Source: the human T2T-CHM13v2.0 reference genome, Homo sapiens
Length of the DNA: 64,000 nucleotides
Assembly (NCBI RefSeq): GCF_009914755.1
Contig: NC_060933.1
Direction: 5' to 3' (one strand)
Made by a program: the position numbers and the translations under genes. Of this stretch, positions 44,168 through 60,020 are shown one piece after another. How positions within the stretch are numbered: position 1 is the first letter of the stretch; each line of letters opens with the position of its first letter. The notes beneath the pieces were generated by a model, which was not told the origin of the DNA, did no database searches, and was given only the letters and a program-made list of their open reading frames with translations.

Positions 44168-44656
44168 CTATAAGCCAGGCTTTTTGTATACCATATTTCA
44201 CACATCCTCATAATTTCATGGGTAGAAATGATTTGCTCTGCTTTATAGGTGAGGAAACTGGAGCTGAGAAATAGTAACTTTCCAAAATCTTCACAGACAA
44301 TAAAGAAAAGAGTTGTTATTTGAATCCGTTATCTACTTAGCTCCACAGTATATGCTTTTAAATGATATAACATGTTGCTATAGTGATACATATATATTTT
44401 GCCCTAATTGATACTAATTATATCTTCTAAGTCTCTCTTTTCTCATCCTCTCTCACGTTCCAAATGCTAAAATTGTGTATTTTGATACAAAAAATAAAGC
44501 AGCTGAACTTTTTTTCTTAAAAGCAAAACATATATTACAAAGTAATGGGACAATAATCTGTGATCTAAAAGTCCTAAGAAATTATAATAACTAAGAAAGA
44601 ACAAATGAGTTTTAAGTAGTATGAGCATAATATAAGATAATCATAATCACAACAAC

Positions 44657-44749
44657 CTCCAAGCTCTCTGGGTCAGGAAGCAGATTTTATGCAGCTTCAT
44701 ATTTGCCATAGGAACTTTGTCAAATTCTATATCTGAAAGTATTATACAA
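44657..44749 (-). pseudogene. UBA5-like exon (adenylation motif DKVxxANM)
   Basis: Long T-rich tract and tttaag| acceptor, donor GAG|gttgtt; 93 nt, phase 2-2, open: CIILSDIEFDKVPMANMKLHKICFLTQRAW(R) compared with [27 protein letters not shown]. Confidence 0.7.
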
Positions 44750-44839
44750 CTTAAATGGACATGACAGAATAAAAATAAAATAAAATTATTACCAAATGAA
44801 AAAAAAAAAAAAAACATTAATGAGAAAAGGGAGGCAGAC

Positions 44840-44870
44840 CCAATCCCAAGGTGTAATATGGCCATGTTAA
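44840..44870 (-). pseudogene. UBA5-like micro-exon (..HLGIG)
   Basis: Acceptor tctttcattttag|, donor TGG|gtctgc; 31 nt; NMAILHLGIG compared with AEMLTRCGIG; needs a frameshift to join the upstream exon. Confidence 0.5.
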
Positions 44871-45048
44871 CTAAAATGAAAGAATATCACAGCCCTGTAA
44901 GAAGCAAGCTTTCTCAGAAGTTCAAATAGAGAAAGTTCAAACTGAGTCATCCACACACAGCATTACAGTCATGACAAATCCCAAAGAGCCTGCCCCTTAA
45001 CAGGTTAGCCCCATAGTAACACTGCAAGTAGCCATTTAGTGTCAGCAA

Positions 45049-45049
<1 letters not shown>

Positions 45050-45095
<46 letters not shown>
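45050..45095 (+). repeat. Isolated poly(A) tract (~46 nt)
   Basis: Uninterrupted A run with no recognisable retroelement body. Confidence 0.9.
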
Positions 45096-45097
<2 letters not shown>

Positions 45098-45629
45098 CCA
45101 TCATATTAAACATATGGGTTTCTATTTTGATTTTGTTTGTAGCATCGTATTTAATTCATAAATTTGTTTTGGTTTTATTGTTTAAAGGCTATATCTAGTT
45201 TTACATTTCTACATACTTAAATAATGTTAAACTAAAACTCATTTAAGTTACACATTAAGTACCGAGGAGTTTGTGAGATTTTTCTCCTTTTAAATGGGTT
45301 CATTAGTCTGTTATTCTTAGTTTGAGAAACACTTATTATAATAATATAAAAGCATTTATGGCCCTTTTTTAGGGGATTTGTGTTTTGGAGCATTTCATTT
45401 GCATAATTCATTGAACTAGATATTATTAGAGGGGTTTTTTTAAAATAACAAATTGAAAAAAGTGTGTACTGTGTGCTACACTGAATTAGAAAATGTTGCA
45501 CATTATATCTCCTCTTAGATATACACAAAGCATTTTAGCGAATAAAAGACTTGGAGAAATCGGGCAGAAAAAGATATCAGATGCTTTTCTCAGTGTTCAC
45601 TCAGTTTCATTCAGTGTTCCCAAGCTTAT

Positions 45630-45669
45630 CTGAGCAAAGACTACCTCTATTGCAGCAACTATCAATATC
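45630..45669 (-). pseudogene. UBA5-like exon (first beta strand), decayed donor
   Basis: Acceptor tatttcttag|G, phase 2 compatible with the previous exon; ILIVAAIEVVFAQ; followed by CAG|ataagc (GT>AT). The GxGxxG loop is not recognisable. Confidence 0.5.
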
Positions 45670-45949
45670 CTAAGAAATAGCTTTCTTTGAAAAACCAGTT
45701 TGGAAAACATTCATCTATAACACTATCTAGAATAAGGATATTCTATTAACATTTTTGTGCCAAAGACTCTTCTAGCAGCCTAGTGATACCTATGGACATC
45801 TTCTTAGAATAATGTTTTTAAATGCATTAAAAATATAAAGGAATACAAAGGAAACCAATTATATTCAAATACAGTTTTCAAAATAACTTTAAAACAAATG
45901 GGAGTATCTGAAGGAGAGGAGAAGAAGGAAAGGACAAAAGAAATATTTA

Positions 45950-46350
<401 letters not shown>

Positions 46351-46359
46351 GCCGGTCAA

Positions 46360-47265
46360 TGGCCACATATTGTATGCTTTCTTCATGTGAAATATCTAGA
46401 ATAGGCAAATCTGTACAAACAGAAAGTAGAATAGTGCTTGCCTGAAGTAGGGAGGTGGAAGGTGGTGAGGAGGGTTGGGAGATGATGGCCAAAAAGAACA
46501 GGGTTTCTCTTTCGGATAATGAAAACATTCTAAAATTGAGTGCAGTGATGGGTGCACATCATCAACACATATAATAATATACAGTTAATTGTACATTTAA
46601 ATGGGTGAATTGTATGGTAGATAAATTATATCTCAACAAATGTGTTTAAAAACGAACGGTCAAAAGTTCCCAAAAGTTGGAAAGTATACATGCAAAGATC
46701 TAAGAAGCCCAGTGAATTCCAAACAAAAGAATGACACCAAGGCACATTTCAAAACAAATGATAAAGGAAAAATCTAAAAAGTAGTCAGAGAAAGACACAT
46801 ATTATATACAGTGGGAACAAAGATAAAGATGACAGCAGATTTGTTATTGGAAGAAAATGCAAGCTAGAAGACAGTGGGGAAAAAATCTTTAATGTAAAAA
46901 TGTCAACCGAGAACTTCACACACAGTAAAAGTATCTTTCAGAAACAAAGGCAACACAATGAGATACCACTTCATATCGATTAGAATGGCTATTATCCAAA
47001 AAACGGGAAGATATAACAAGTGTTGGCAGGGATATGTAGAAATTGGAACCCTTGTACCTTGCTGGTGGGAATGTAACAAGATGCAGCCACTATGGAAGAC
47101 AGTTTGGTGGTTCTTCAAAACATTAAACATACAATTACATATGACCCAGCAATTCCATTCCTAGGTATATATCCCAAATAATTGAAAACAAGTGTCTAAA
47201 CCAAAGCCTATACACCAATGTTCATAGTAGCAGTCTTCACAATAGCCAAAAGATAGGAACAACTC
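46360..47265 (+). mobile_element. Mosaic of L1M fragments
   Basis: L1MB-like 3' end, ORF1-like segment, and ORF2 3' motifs (tgagataccacttca..gacccagcaattcc). Confidence 0.75.
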
Positions 47266-47541
47266 CTTTTAATCACATTTATCAGCCAAAAATAGTCACA
47301 TGACCATGCTTTATTTCAAGGGGACAGAAGAGTATATGCATCCACATACTTAGAAGTAAAAGAGAATTGGATAATTGGTGAACATTAACTATCTTCCACG
47401 ATTACCTGTGATACTAAAAATTATTTCCACACCAACATATTGCAAAGAGATTGAAACAGAACTTGCTCAAAGAATGTGAACTGTCCCATGAACCAGAGGT
47501 CCTACCCAGAAAAAGTGGGAGAACTGCAACTCCAGCCACAC

Positions 47542-47739
47542 CTTATTCTCTCAATACATTCCCAGTATGGACGGCCAAAATTCCAGAAACCCCAAGGACA
47601 TCTGGGTGGCAGCTCTATTTGATTAAAAAGTCTCTTAACTGGCAGAGGTTGCCGTGAGCTGAAATCGCGCCATTGCACTCCAGCCTGGGTAACAAGAGCG
47701 AAACTCTGTCTCAAAAAAAAAAAAAAGTCTCTTAGCTGC
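47542..47739 (-). pseudogene. UBA5-like exon (N-terminal part), interrupted by an Alu fragment
   Basis: Acceptor ggtttctag|G, donor AAG|gtgtgg. Removing the 97-bp insertion leaves 101 nt open: AAKRLFNQIELPPRCPWGFWNFGRPYWECIERI(R), compared with UBA5 EVVDSNPY...YEKIR. Confidence 0.65.
47642..47721 (+). mobile_element. 5'-truncated Alu (Sp/Sq-like)
   Basis: Right-arm 3' end with aacaagagcgaaactc; 17-bp TSD aaaaagtctctta(a/g)ctg at 47625-47641 and 47722-47738. Confidence 0.95.
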
Positions 47740-48823
47740 CTAGAAACCAACGTTCTTCCTTTTCACTTGCTATGCATGCTATCAGATACCTCTACCACTT
47801 GTTCATTCAATATCCCTTGTCTATGCCCAGCTGATGGAGAAACCCATCAGGTACAGTCCACAACCAGGAGTCTAAACAAAGCACTATGGGAACACAGACG
47901 AAGGAGCAAATCATTTTTGTAGTGTTTTGCACTCTGATCTAGCCACATTTTTCCTGCTTTTGTGATACAAACCTGCGTCCCCCAGCTTCCCAACTCTGCA
48001 GCTGAGCAGCTTTGTGGCCATAGGCAAATCCCTTCACTTAGAATTCTGAGGCTTGGTTTCCTCAGCTGTAAAATGGGAATGATAACACCTACCTCCTAGG
48101 ATTATTGTGAGAACAAGAATGAGATAATGTCTATAGAAACGCGTTTTGTGTCAGTCCAAGTTATCACCCCCATCAGCATCATCGTGGCTGTCTTCTACCG
48201 TCTAGAAGGGGAGCCCCAGGGCTGGAGAAGGCCCAGGGAAGAGAGGGGTTCCCAGGCCGACCCTCTTACTCTGGGGGAGTCGGGGCCTCTCTCCTAATTA
48301 ACTCTTCCTGGCAGAAGTTTCTTGCTGGACGTGTTTGCCTACCAGTGAAAAGCCAAGTGAGGCTTCCAGGGGCCTCCCACTGGCCCTGACACATCAGGTA
48401 AGAATGATGATTCACCAAACTCTAACAGCCTTGCTGACAGGCCCACTGGCCCAGTCCAGGCAGAGGCCGGAGAGGGCTGCCCAGGCAGCGGGGCCATTAG
48501 GTTTTATAGAAGTGAGAGAAGGAGAGAGGGAGGGGAAGAAAAGGGAGAGATAAAGGAAAAGAAACAAAGGCCCCAAAAGGGAAAAAGAACAGAAGAAACA
48601 CAAAGTAGAATAATGGTTAGGAGGGGCGGTGGGATGGGGAGTTGTTTAATTGGTATAAAGTCTGTTTTGCAAGATGAAAAAGTTCTAGAGCTCTGCTGCA
48701 CAACAATGTGAATACAGCTAACACTACTGAACTGCACACTTAAAATGGTTAAGATGGTAAATTTCATGTGACATGTTCTCCACAACAATTAAAAATATTA
48801 AAATACATGTTTAAAAGAAATGA

Positions 48824-50047
<1,224 letters not shown>

Positions 50048-50912
50048 TTAGGTACATGGAATGGTGGCCTCGATGCCCACAGACTGCCAGTCAAAACTAG
50101 GGTTAAAGTTGTGTCTCCCACTGACTTGCTGGTGACTTTGGGATGTTTACCTCCCCTCTCTGGTCTTCAGTTTCCTCTTCAGAAATTGGAGTTTGATGCT
50201 CACCTTCATCGTGGGCCAGGATGATGGCCTGTGCTAGCCGTCCTTGAAAAGGCGAGGCCGGGCTGAGGGTGCACTGGGTTTAGACATAGCAAGTGTCTCC
50301 TGTCACTTGTGCCTAGTTCCTGGGGCCATGGTCCTTGGAGCTGCTGTTAGAGAGGGATGGAGTGGGACAGGGTATCCTGACCTTACACCAGGATCCCTAG
50401 AAGTGTGATCACACATACACACATAGGCACACACATATACACATACATCACACTACATACACACAGGTGCACACACAACCCAGGGAGGTCTGACAGGAGC
50501 TGCAGTCACCCAGCACCTTCTTTGAGCCTTTGAGGCCAGTCCTCCCCAGGGCTTTAAGGTGGTGTTGCTGTCCCAACCAACAAGTAAGGAACTGAGGCAA
50601 GAGGAGGGCAGGTAAGCTTGGTCCTGGGGGCAGCCACTTGCAGTGGGGCCTCATTCTACACCAACACTTTGAGATTGTAGTCCAACCTTGGGAAGGAAGC
50701 AGAGCTAGTCACTTGCTCAGGCTCAAGTCTGGGGTGCCCAAAGACAGTTCCATAGGGGAGCCACTCTTTGGATCTGGCCTGAGAGTCCCTGCTTTCCTCC
50801 TTCCCCTTTTTAAACCTTGAAAGTATGCAGGACAAAAAGACTCAAAGAATTATATAAAAATAATAAATACCCGTCATCCAAAATAAAAAATGTTAAATTA
50901 AAAAAGGAGAAG

Positions 50913-51320
<408 letters not shown>

Positions 51321-54300
51321 TCAGATTCTCCCAACCACTGTCCTCCTTGCCCTCAGCTTCCGTGACAACAGGCACTCCTGGTTTTCTTCCTACCTCTCTG
51401 GCTGCTCCTTCCAGTCTTTTTGCAGGTTCCCACTCACTTACACATGCCTTAAAAGTCGGTGGGCTTAGGGGTAACCAATTTAGGCATCCCTCTCTTGTAG
51501 GCATCCCACTCTTCCTTGGGATGACTTAGTGATTACATCCTCTCCAAGACTTCAGGTCCCAGTGTCCTGCGATTGTATGAGATTTTAATTTTGTTCGTTT
51601 TGCTAATTCATATCTTCTGTATTTGCTCTCAAATTGTGTGATTTTTTAAATAAATCATTTTTAAATAAAATGTTTATTGATTGATTGGGTATTTTTATCC
51701 CAACATGGCTGGGATCCTTAAGCCTCTTGGAGCTCCTTGGAGGGGCCCGAGAAGCTAGGACAAAAATGCCTCTCACCTATATCCAGTTCGAATACATAGC
51801 CATGTCAGTGGGAAGGAAAAACAGTTGCTCCTTTGGTAGAAATGGCTACTGGAGGAAATTTGATTCATTGAAGAACTTGGCTTGGGAATTTGCAGACTGG
51901 TAGCACTCATCAAGGCCTTGGAGATCTTCGGATTCTACCCCCTCATCTTGGAATCAGGAAACTGGAAACCCAAAGATGATTGATTACTGGCCCCACCTGC
52001 CAGATGGCACAGGAAGGTAATGGCAGAGCCAGAATTTGAACATGTTTCCTCACTCTGTGGTCCCTGCTCATTTTGAAATATGTCCCTACCCATCCCAGCA
52101 ATTGACCCCAAGACAGTCTACACACACACATACACACACACACACGGGCAGCCTAATTTTCCATCCAAAGTCTTTACATTCAGAAAGCAGATTAATCTTG
52201 GATTCACTTGATTTCCCATGGGGATCTCTCATACTAATCCTTCAGAAAAGTGAACCAACTTAAATCCCCCACCAAGCTCTGTTCTAAGGAGGAATATTCA
52301 ACTCTGTGGCAATTACATTCCAAAGTCCCTATTTTCTGTAGAGAGCTTCCCTGGTGTTAACCACTTTTCCTTAGTTATTCTTTTATTTTTTTATTTTTAT
52401 TTTGTTTTATTTTATTCTTTTATTCTACCAACAACTCCACAATGTAGGTATTAGTGTTCTTTTGCTCTGTGAGAAAACTGAACTTCAAAAAGGTTAAATA
52501 ACTTTCTCAAAGACACAGCAATAAGTGGCAGAACCAGGATTCAAACACTCATTCTCAGGACACCAGACCTTGTACCTCAGTGTTCCCTGGTCCACCCTGC
52601 CAGACCAGAGCAGAGGTCCTTTGTACAGGTTGCAGGGAAGCTTTTTTGAGACTCACAGGAAATGAGAGCTAAAATGACCTTGTAGGTCCTCATTTCACAT
52701 TTCGTTCCATCTTTCAAACAAACCACATTGTACAGAATGGTTTAAACCATGACTTCTGGACAGAGAATCTGAATTTAAATCCTGGCTCAACCACTGACTA
52801 ATTGTGCAACTTTGGGCAAGTTACTTAATCTCTCTGTGCCTCAGATTCCTCATCTGTAGAGTGTGGATAATAATAGTACTTAATTCATAGAGGTGTTATG
52901 AGGATGAAATGAGTTTCAACATGAAAGTACATAAAACACTGCTTGACACATAGTAAGCTCTCCATAAATGGAGAGCTTTTACCAGGGTCGTCATCATCAT
53001 TGCTACACTATTATTACTACTACTAAGAGTTTGTGATACACTGGGTCTTAAGATAGTGAATGGGAAGACAAAGATGACATAGACACTGTCCTCTCCTTAC
53101 AGAACTCATCCTGTGGAAGGAGAAGGATACAGAAACTATATATGATTACAATTTAATAATATAGTAAATGCAACAAGAGTGATGTGTGTGGACACTCCAG
53201 AGAGTAGACAAGACTTGTTCAAGGCAACAGCAAAGTTAGGACTTGAGCCCAGTTATCCTGAGCCTCTTTCTATTCCACCTTATTGACTGGGAATGTGCCT
53301 GTGGACTGCACATATAGGTGTGACCCCAAAGTCCTCGCACATGGTACCAAAAAGAGCTTCCTATGGCCATGGCTTCTCCAGCTGAAGATGTTACTAAAGT
53401 GAAGAGATAGTCAATGAACATCTGTTGAATGAGTAAATGAATCAAAGGCCCTGGTGAGAGGCCAGCCAATTTTCTCACCCCACCCAACGTGTAGGCTTGA
53501 GGCAATGGCAGGGGAAAGCAGTTCTACATGAGCCCTGGAGGACAGCTGGTCCCCCTCTTCATCCTCAAAAGGATGTTTCCTCATCCTTTTGTTCCTTTTG
53601 TTCCTTCATCCTCAAAAGGATGTTTCCTTCATCCTCAAAAGGATGTCTGTGATGGCACTGCCATACACAGACCCCTCCTTTACCACAGCTATTTCTGATG
53701 CCCTCAAGAGAAATTTTAACTCACTCAAATCAATCATTTGCACAATTCTGTGATTTGTATGTGCCCAACTCTGTAGAGGGGAAGGTGAATCAACAACACT
53801 CCCTACCCTCGGGGTGCTCAAATTCCAGCAGGAAAACATGACAAATTGCTAGCCTGCAGGGTAGAAAGTGATCAGTCCCTGAGAAAGGGGCAGACCACAA
53901 AGACAACCAGCATTCAGATAATTAGAGCTCTCACAGACAATTAGAGCTCTCACAGTACAGTCGACTGAGTAATGTTGCCAAAGATGTGCATCCATGAATC
54001 TTGGGAACCTGTGAATATTACTCTATATGACACATGGGTCTTTGCAGGTATGATTAAAGTAAGGATCCTAATGTGGGTAGGATATCCTGGCTTATCCACA
54101 TGGGCCCTAAATGTAAACATTTGTTTCAGCAGCTATAGGAAAATAATACAGATAGATTGCTGACTGTATGCTAAGCATTCTCATTGAGTTTTTTCCATGA
54201 ACTCCAAAGCCAGACTGCCTGGGTTCAAATCATGGCCCCTTTTCTTTCCATCTGTGTGGCTTTAGTCAATTTTCCTCTGTGGGCTTCAGTTTCCTCATTT

Positions 54301-56915
54301 ATAGAAGAGAAATAATATTTAGTAACCTCCTCCCCCATAGGAATGATGTAAGGAATGATATGTAGGAGATATTCTAAATGCTCACCATTATTTGGTTCTC
54401 CTTTCCTTCCTAGTTGTTTGGGAATCTACACTTCCTGCCCCCTGCAGCAAGAGGCACCATGTGGCTAGTTCTGGACAATGAAATGTGAGCGGTGAAAAGC
54501 CCCAGTGGGACCTGGGTCACATGACCACAAACCTATGGGCACATCACAAGCTCTCTCAGACTCAGTGACAATATCGGACTTCTCCAGTGTCCAATGTCCC
54601 TTCCAACCCTCAGTCCCCAGGACGCTGAGCACCATGTGACAAAATGGACAGTAAACAAGAGAGCAGGAGAGAAGAGATTTAAAGGGTTCCTGCAGCAGTG
54701 TGAAGCATGCAGTGTGTGCGTGGTGTGGATTCCCCAGAGGATACGTGCATAGCACCAAAGGTGATCGTAGGTAGCTCCAGGATGAACTTCATTGTTATAA
54801 TAATTAATTAATTTAATTAATTATGGCAAATTATACTGGGTTTCCATCCAAAGTTTCTTTTTAGAGTAAACGTACATTTTTTAAAAATGAGTTAGTTTAA
54901 AGAAAAATATTGATTACTCTCACAAGTGGTTTGTAGATATGACAAAAATTGTAAAGGCAGAATCAAAAGACTAAAATTATGGTGAACGTCCCTGGAACAA
55001 TGAAAAGAACATGGGCTTTGGAATCAGGCCAGGGTTTGAATCCAGTTCCTCCAATTGTTAGCAGTGTGACCTCATTACTCAAGCTCTCTGAGATTGTTTC
55101 CTCCTCATTACTTTTTAATGGAGATCATTAACCAAACCTCATGTTGGTGGGGGTGATGGCAGTGTGAAGGGATGGAGTGGGAGGAGGTGCATGGGGGTGT
55201 GAGGGGGGGGGCGGTGGGGAGGTGTGAGGATTATGGCTTACTTTCACCACTGCTGTTCTTACATTCCTCTTTCTTATTGTTGCCCCTGGGTCTTGACCCA
55301 GTTTGTAAATTGGGGTCCAATCCAACCCAATTCCCAGATGCCTGGCCAGGCTCCGGGGACAGAACCCAATAGGACCAGCTTCCTGCCCTCCAGGAGCTCC
55401 CAGCCGAGTGGGGCAACTAACATGGTCTCAAAGATCCACAGTCCACAGCCAAAATGCCATGGGAGACAAGCAGAGGTGGTGGCATGGAGGCCCTGAGATG
55501 GCTCTGAGGAGAGCCACAGGCACCAGAGATGGATTTTGACCCGTGAGTAAGATTTCAACAGGCGCTGAGGGTAGGGAATGCAAACCAGATTTCCTTACTC
55601 TCTGAGCCTCAGTTTCCTCTTTGGTAAAATTTAAGTAATATTTCCTATGTTTTTGCTATGATACTGTAAGGATTAAGTGGGATAAAGCTTAGGACGCACC
55701 TACCACAGTGCCAGGCTCATGTTAGGCCCTGGATAAATACAGGCAATTACTTTCCTATTATGCTGGATGATAAAGCCCCGGTGGGTGGCCCCTTTCATAA
55801 TGAAACTGTCTCCTCCTTCCCTATGACTCACCTGCAGGGGATTGCCCAGGGGCACAGATGTCCCAGGCTCCTGGGTGGGTTGGAACCATCAAGCTCCCTG
55901 AAGAAAGGCTCCCAAGACAGGGAACATAATTATTCCCCCAGGACAGAGTTGGACTTCAAGTGCAGCTTTCCACCATCTATGGAGAGAAAGACCATGTCTT
56001 GGAGTCAGCTCCAGACCCTTCCAGCCTCCACGGAAAAGCCTGCTGTGCAGGAGCCCAGAGAGACCACCTATTGGGAAGAAACAGGAGACCAGGGCTTAAA
56101 TCATTCGTTGCTGTCTGAACAGCATCACAGCCCTTTCTCCCTCCAGGCCTCCGTGTTCTAAGGGTAGAAGTGGGCTGACTGAAAAAACCACCAGGATAGC
56201 AAAGACCAATCAGAGCAGACACTGGCAGGGGTCTGGAGGTCCCCCCTGGGCTGGGTGTTTGTCCTCTGCTTGCTGGGGATAGGGTTGTCCAGAGGTCCTG
56301 GGATGGGCCGGCACACTCAGAACAACAGGAGGAGACCACTTAGGGAACTGGAGGGAGCAATTCTCAGCCTGCTCCCACCAACCTCCTGCACAGGGCAGTT
56401 ATGAGCCAGATGCAGACGTGCTTTACCAGCTGGATGTCCATCTGCCCATCTCCATGGGCCATTCTTCCCTAGCTCCCTAACCATGAAGAGAGAACTAGAC
56501 ACGTAGCCCAGCCTCACAGCCTCTCTTCAATGCTGAAAACGCACAGATCTTGCCCACAGTTACACAGGTGAATCAGTTGCTCAGGCCCTGGCCATAACCA
56601 GTCTCCTGCCATCTGACCCAGTGCAGCTTTTCTTCCCATTGCTAACTGTCCAGAGGCAAAGCATCCCTCAGGGGCAGGTGGTGACAAGGACCAAGGTGGT
56701 AAGAGTGAGAAGGGCCTGTGGCAGAGGTGTAGAATGTGCACTGGGGGCATGGTGTGCTTCCCACAGTGGAAAAGGGCCTGTCCCCTTCCCCCTACTTCCC
56801 CCTGAGTGCTGGAGCTGCGTCTGGCACATGCTGGCTCCACCTCAACGTCAAATGTGCATCCTCCAAGTCCCTCTCCCTGACGAAGGCCCACATTCCCAAA
56901 GAAGAGTCTGGGGCC

Positions 56916-57233
<318 letters not shown>

Positions 57234-57239
57234 AACCTC

Positions 57240-57600
57240 ACAATTTTTGTAAAGCTTTATTGAAGTATAACTTACACACCATGAAATTCACCCATTTAAG
57301 TGTACAATGCTATGACTTTTAGTAAATTCACGGAATTGTGTAACCATCACCATAGTCTAGTTTCAGAAGTCTTTCCATCATCCCACAAAGATTCCTCATG
57401 CCCATTTGCAATCAATCCTTATTTCCATTGCCAGCCCCAGGCAAACCACTATCAGTTGCTTCTATAGATTGGCTTTTTCTGACATTATGTATCAACAGAA
57501 TCATATAATATGTGGTCTTTTGTGTCCGGCTTCTTACACTTAGCATAATTTTTTTTTTAGTTTTATCCATGTTGTGGCATGTACAGTACTTCATTCCTTA
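57240..57600 (-). mobile_element. L1MB-type 3' end
   Basis: ctttattgaagtataact..aaattcacccatttaagtgtaca..aaccactatc. Confidence 0.8.
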
Positions 57601-58750
57601 CCTCATTCATTTTGTATTCCTGGCATCCTGCCAGTGCCTGGCAGATAGTAGGTGCTTAATAAGGGGCTGAGGAATTTCACATGGAGACCAGATGCCCTTC
57701 CAAAATGAGGGCAACTATCTGCAAAAACCCCACTCAACTCCAAGCTGCTACGGACAAAGGCGCTGATTGTCATGTCTGCTGCCGATGGTATGAACATAGC
57801 AATTTGTTTTCATACCTACGACTGTATGGAGTGAACTGTCATGCCCTCCATCTCACATGTGCTGCAGCATCCCCTCCACTTGTTTTGAATTTGCCCTTAT
57901 TCCCCCTTCATCCTGGCTCTGAAAACCACAGTGACTCATCCTTCTGAGATTAGCTCTCCTTCTTCAACCCTGAGTAGCTGTATTGCCTGAACTAGTTGGA
58001 GAAGAACTCTCCAAATACAACTAGAGCTCCTTGAGAGGAAAACAGCTCTGTGGAAAAATGTACTTACCTTGAATTGGCAAGGGCCACCGCCAGTCTCAGA
58101 AAGATAAGAAATCGACTTTTCCTCTCTTGCCTTGGCACCAGATTCACTGGTAGCTCTAGGAAGGAAAAAGGTTGACTATCTTTTGTATGGTCAATCTATA
58201 AATATTTCTGTAGAAAACAGAAGCATTAAACATTTTCTGCATAGGCTCTTGGGCTCCCAGCCTCGGGCCTAACTCAGTTCAAACACCTACTGTGTTTCTA
58301 TTTTGTGTCAGGTGCTATAGTAACCTTGGGAGGGGCAGGCAGAGACATACAAGTTTTTTCTTCTTTTGATTGTGGTAAAATACATGTGTAACAGAAAATC
58401 TGCCATTTTAACCACGTTTAAGTATGCAATTCAGTGGCATTAATTACATTTACAGTGTTGTACAACTGTTACCACCATCTAGTCCCAAATTTTTTTGGTC
58501 ACTCCAAACAAAAACTGTGTAGTCACTAAACAATAACTTCCCATTCCCTTGGTCCCCAGTCCCTAGTAAGCTCTAATCTACTTTCTGTCTGTATAAATTT
58601 GCCTATTCTAGATATTTTATATATGTGGAATAATACAATGTTTGTCCCTTTGTGTCTGGCTTTTTTCACTTAGCATAATGTTTTCAAGGTTCATACATTT
58701 TGTTGCATATATCAGCACTGCATTCCTTCTTTATGGCTGAATAATATTCC

Positions 58751-58950
58751 TATATACATACAGATGTATATAGAAATATATACACACATATATAGGAATA
58801 TATGTACACACATATATATAGGAGACATATATATGTGTATATATATACACATATATATACACATATATACATATATATACACATATATATGTGTATACAT
58901 ATATACACATATACACATATATATATATATATATATACACACACATACAT
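58751..58950 (+). repeat. Compound (TA)/(CA) repeat
   Basis: Direct reading. Confidence 0.95.
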
Positions 58951-59630
58951 ACCACATTTTGTTTATTCCTCTGTTGCTGAACACGGATTGTTTTCACCTT
59001 TTAGCTATTTTTGAATAGTGCTGCTGTGAACATTCTTGTACAAGTGTTTCTTTCAACACTTGTTTTCAGTTACTTTGGGTATATACCTAGGAGTGAAATT
59101 GTTGGGTCATATGGTAACTCTATAGTTAACTTTTTAAGGAACTGCCAAAGTGTTTCAACAGTAGCTGCACCATTTTACATTCCCAAGAGCAGTGTATGAG
59201 GTTTCCAGTTTTTCTACATCATCTCCAACACTTGTTATTTTTCACATTTTTAATTTTACCTTTTCTAGTAGATGTGAAATGATATCTCATTGTGGTTTTT
59301 ATTTGCATATCCATAATGACCAATAAGGTTGAGCTTCTTTTCACATGCTGATTGGCCACCTATATAACTTCTTTGGAGTAATGTCTGTTGTAGTCTTTTG
59401 TCCATTTTTAATTGGGTAGTTTGGGTGTTTCTTTGTTCTTCAGTTGTAAGAATTCTTTGTATATTCTGGATATTAAACTTTATCAAATGTGTGATATGAA
59501 AATATTTTCTCCCTTTCCATGGATTGTCTTTTTACTCACTTGGTAGTTTCATTTGATTCAAGAAAGTTTTTGGTTTTGAGAAGGTACAATGTATCTATTT
59601 TTGCTGTTGTTGCCTATGCTTTTAATGTCA

Positions 59631-60020
<390 letters not shown>

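Noticed and set aside
53557-53646. CRISPR-like palindromic direct repeats
   Set aside because: Primate DNA, no unique spacers and no cas genes.
58712-59018. Overlapping Tyr/Ile/Cys/His-rich ORFs
   Set aside because: Translation of a (TA/CA) microsatellite.
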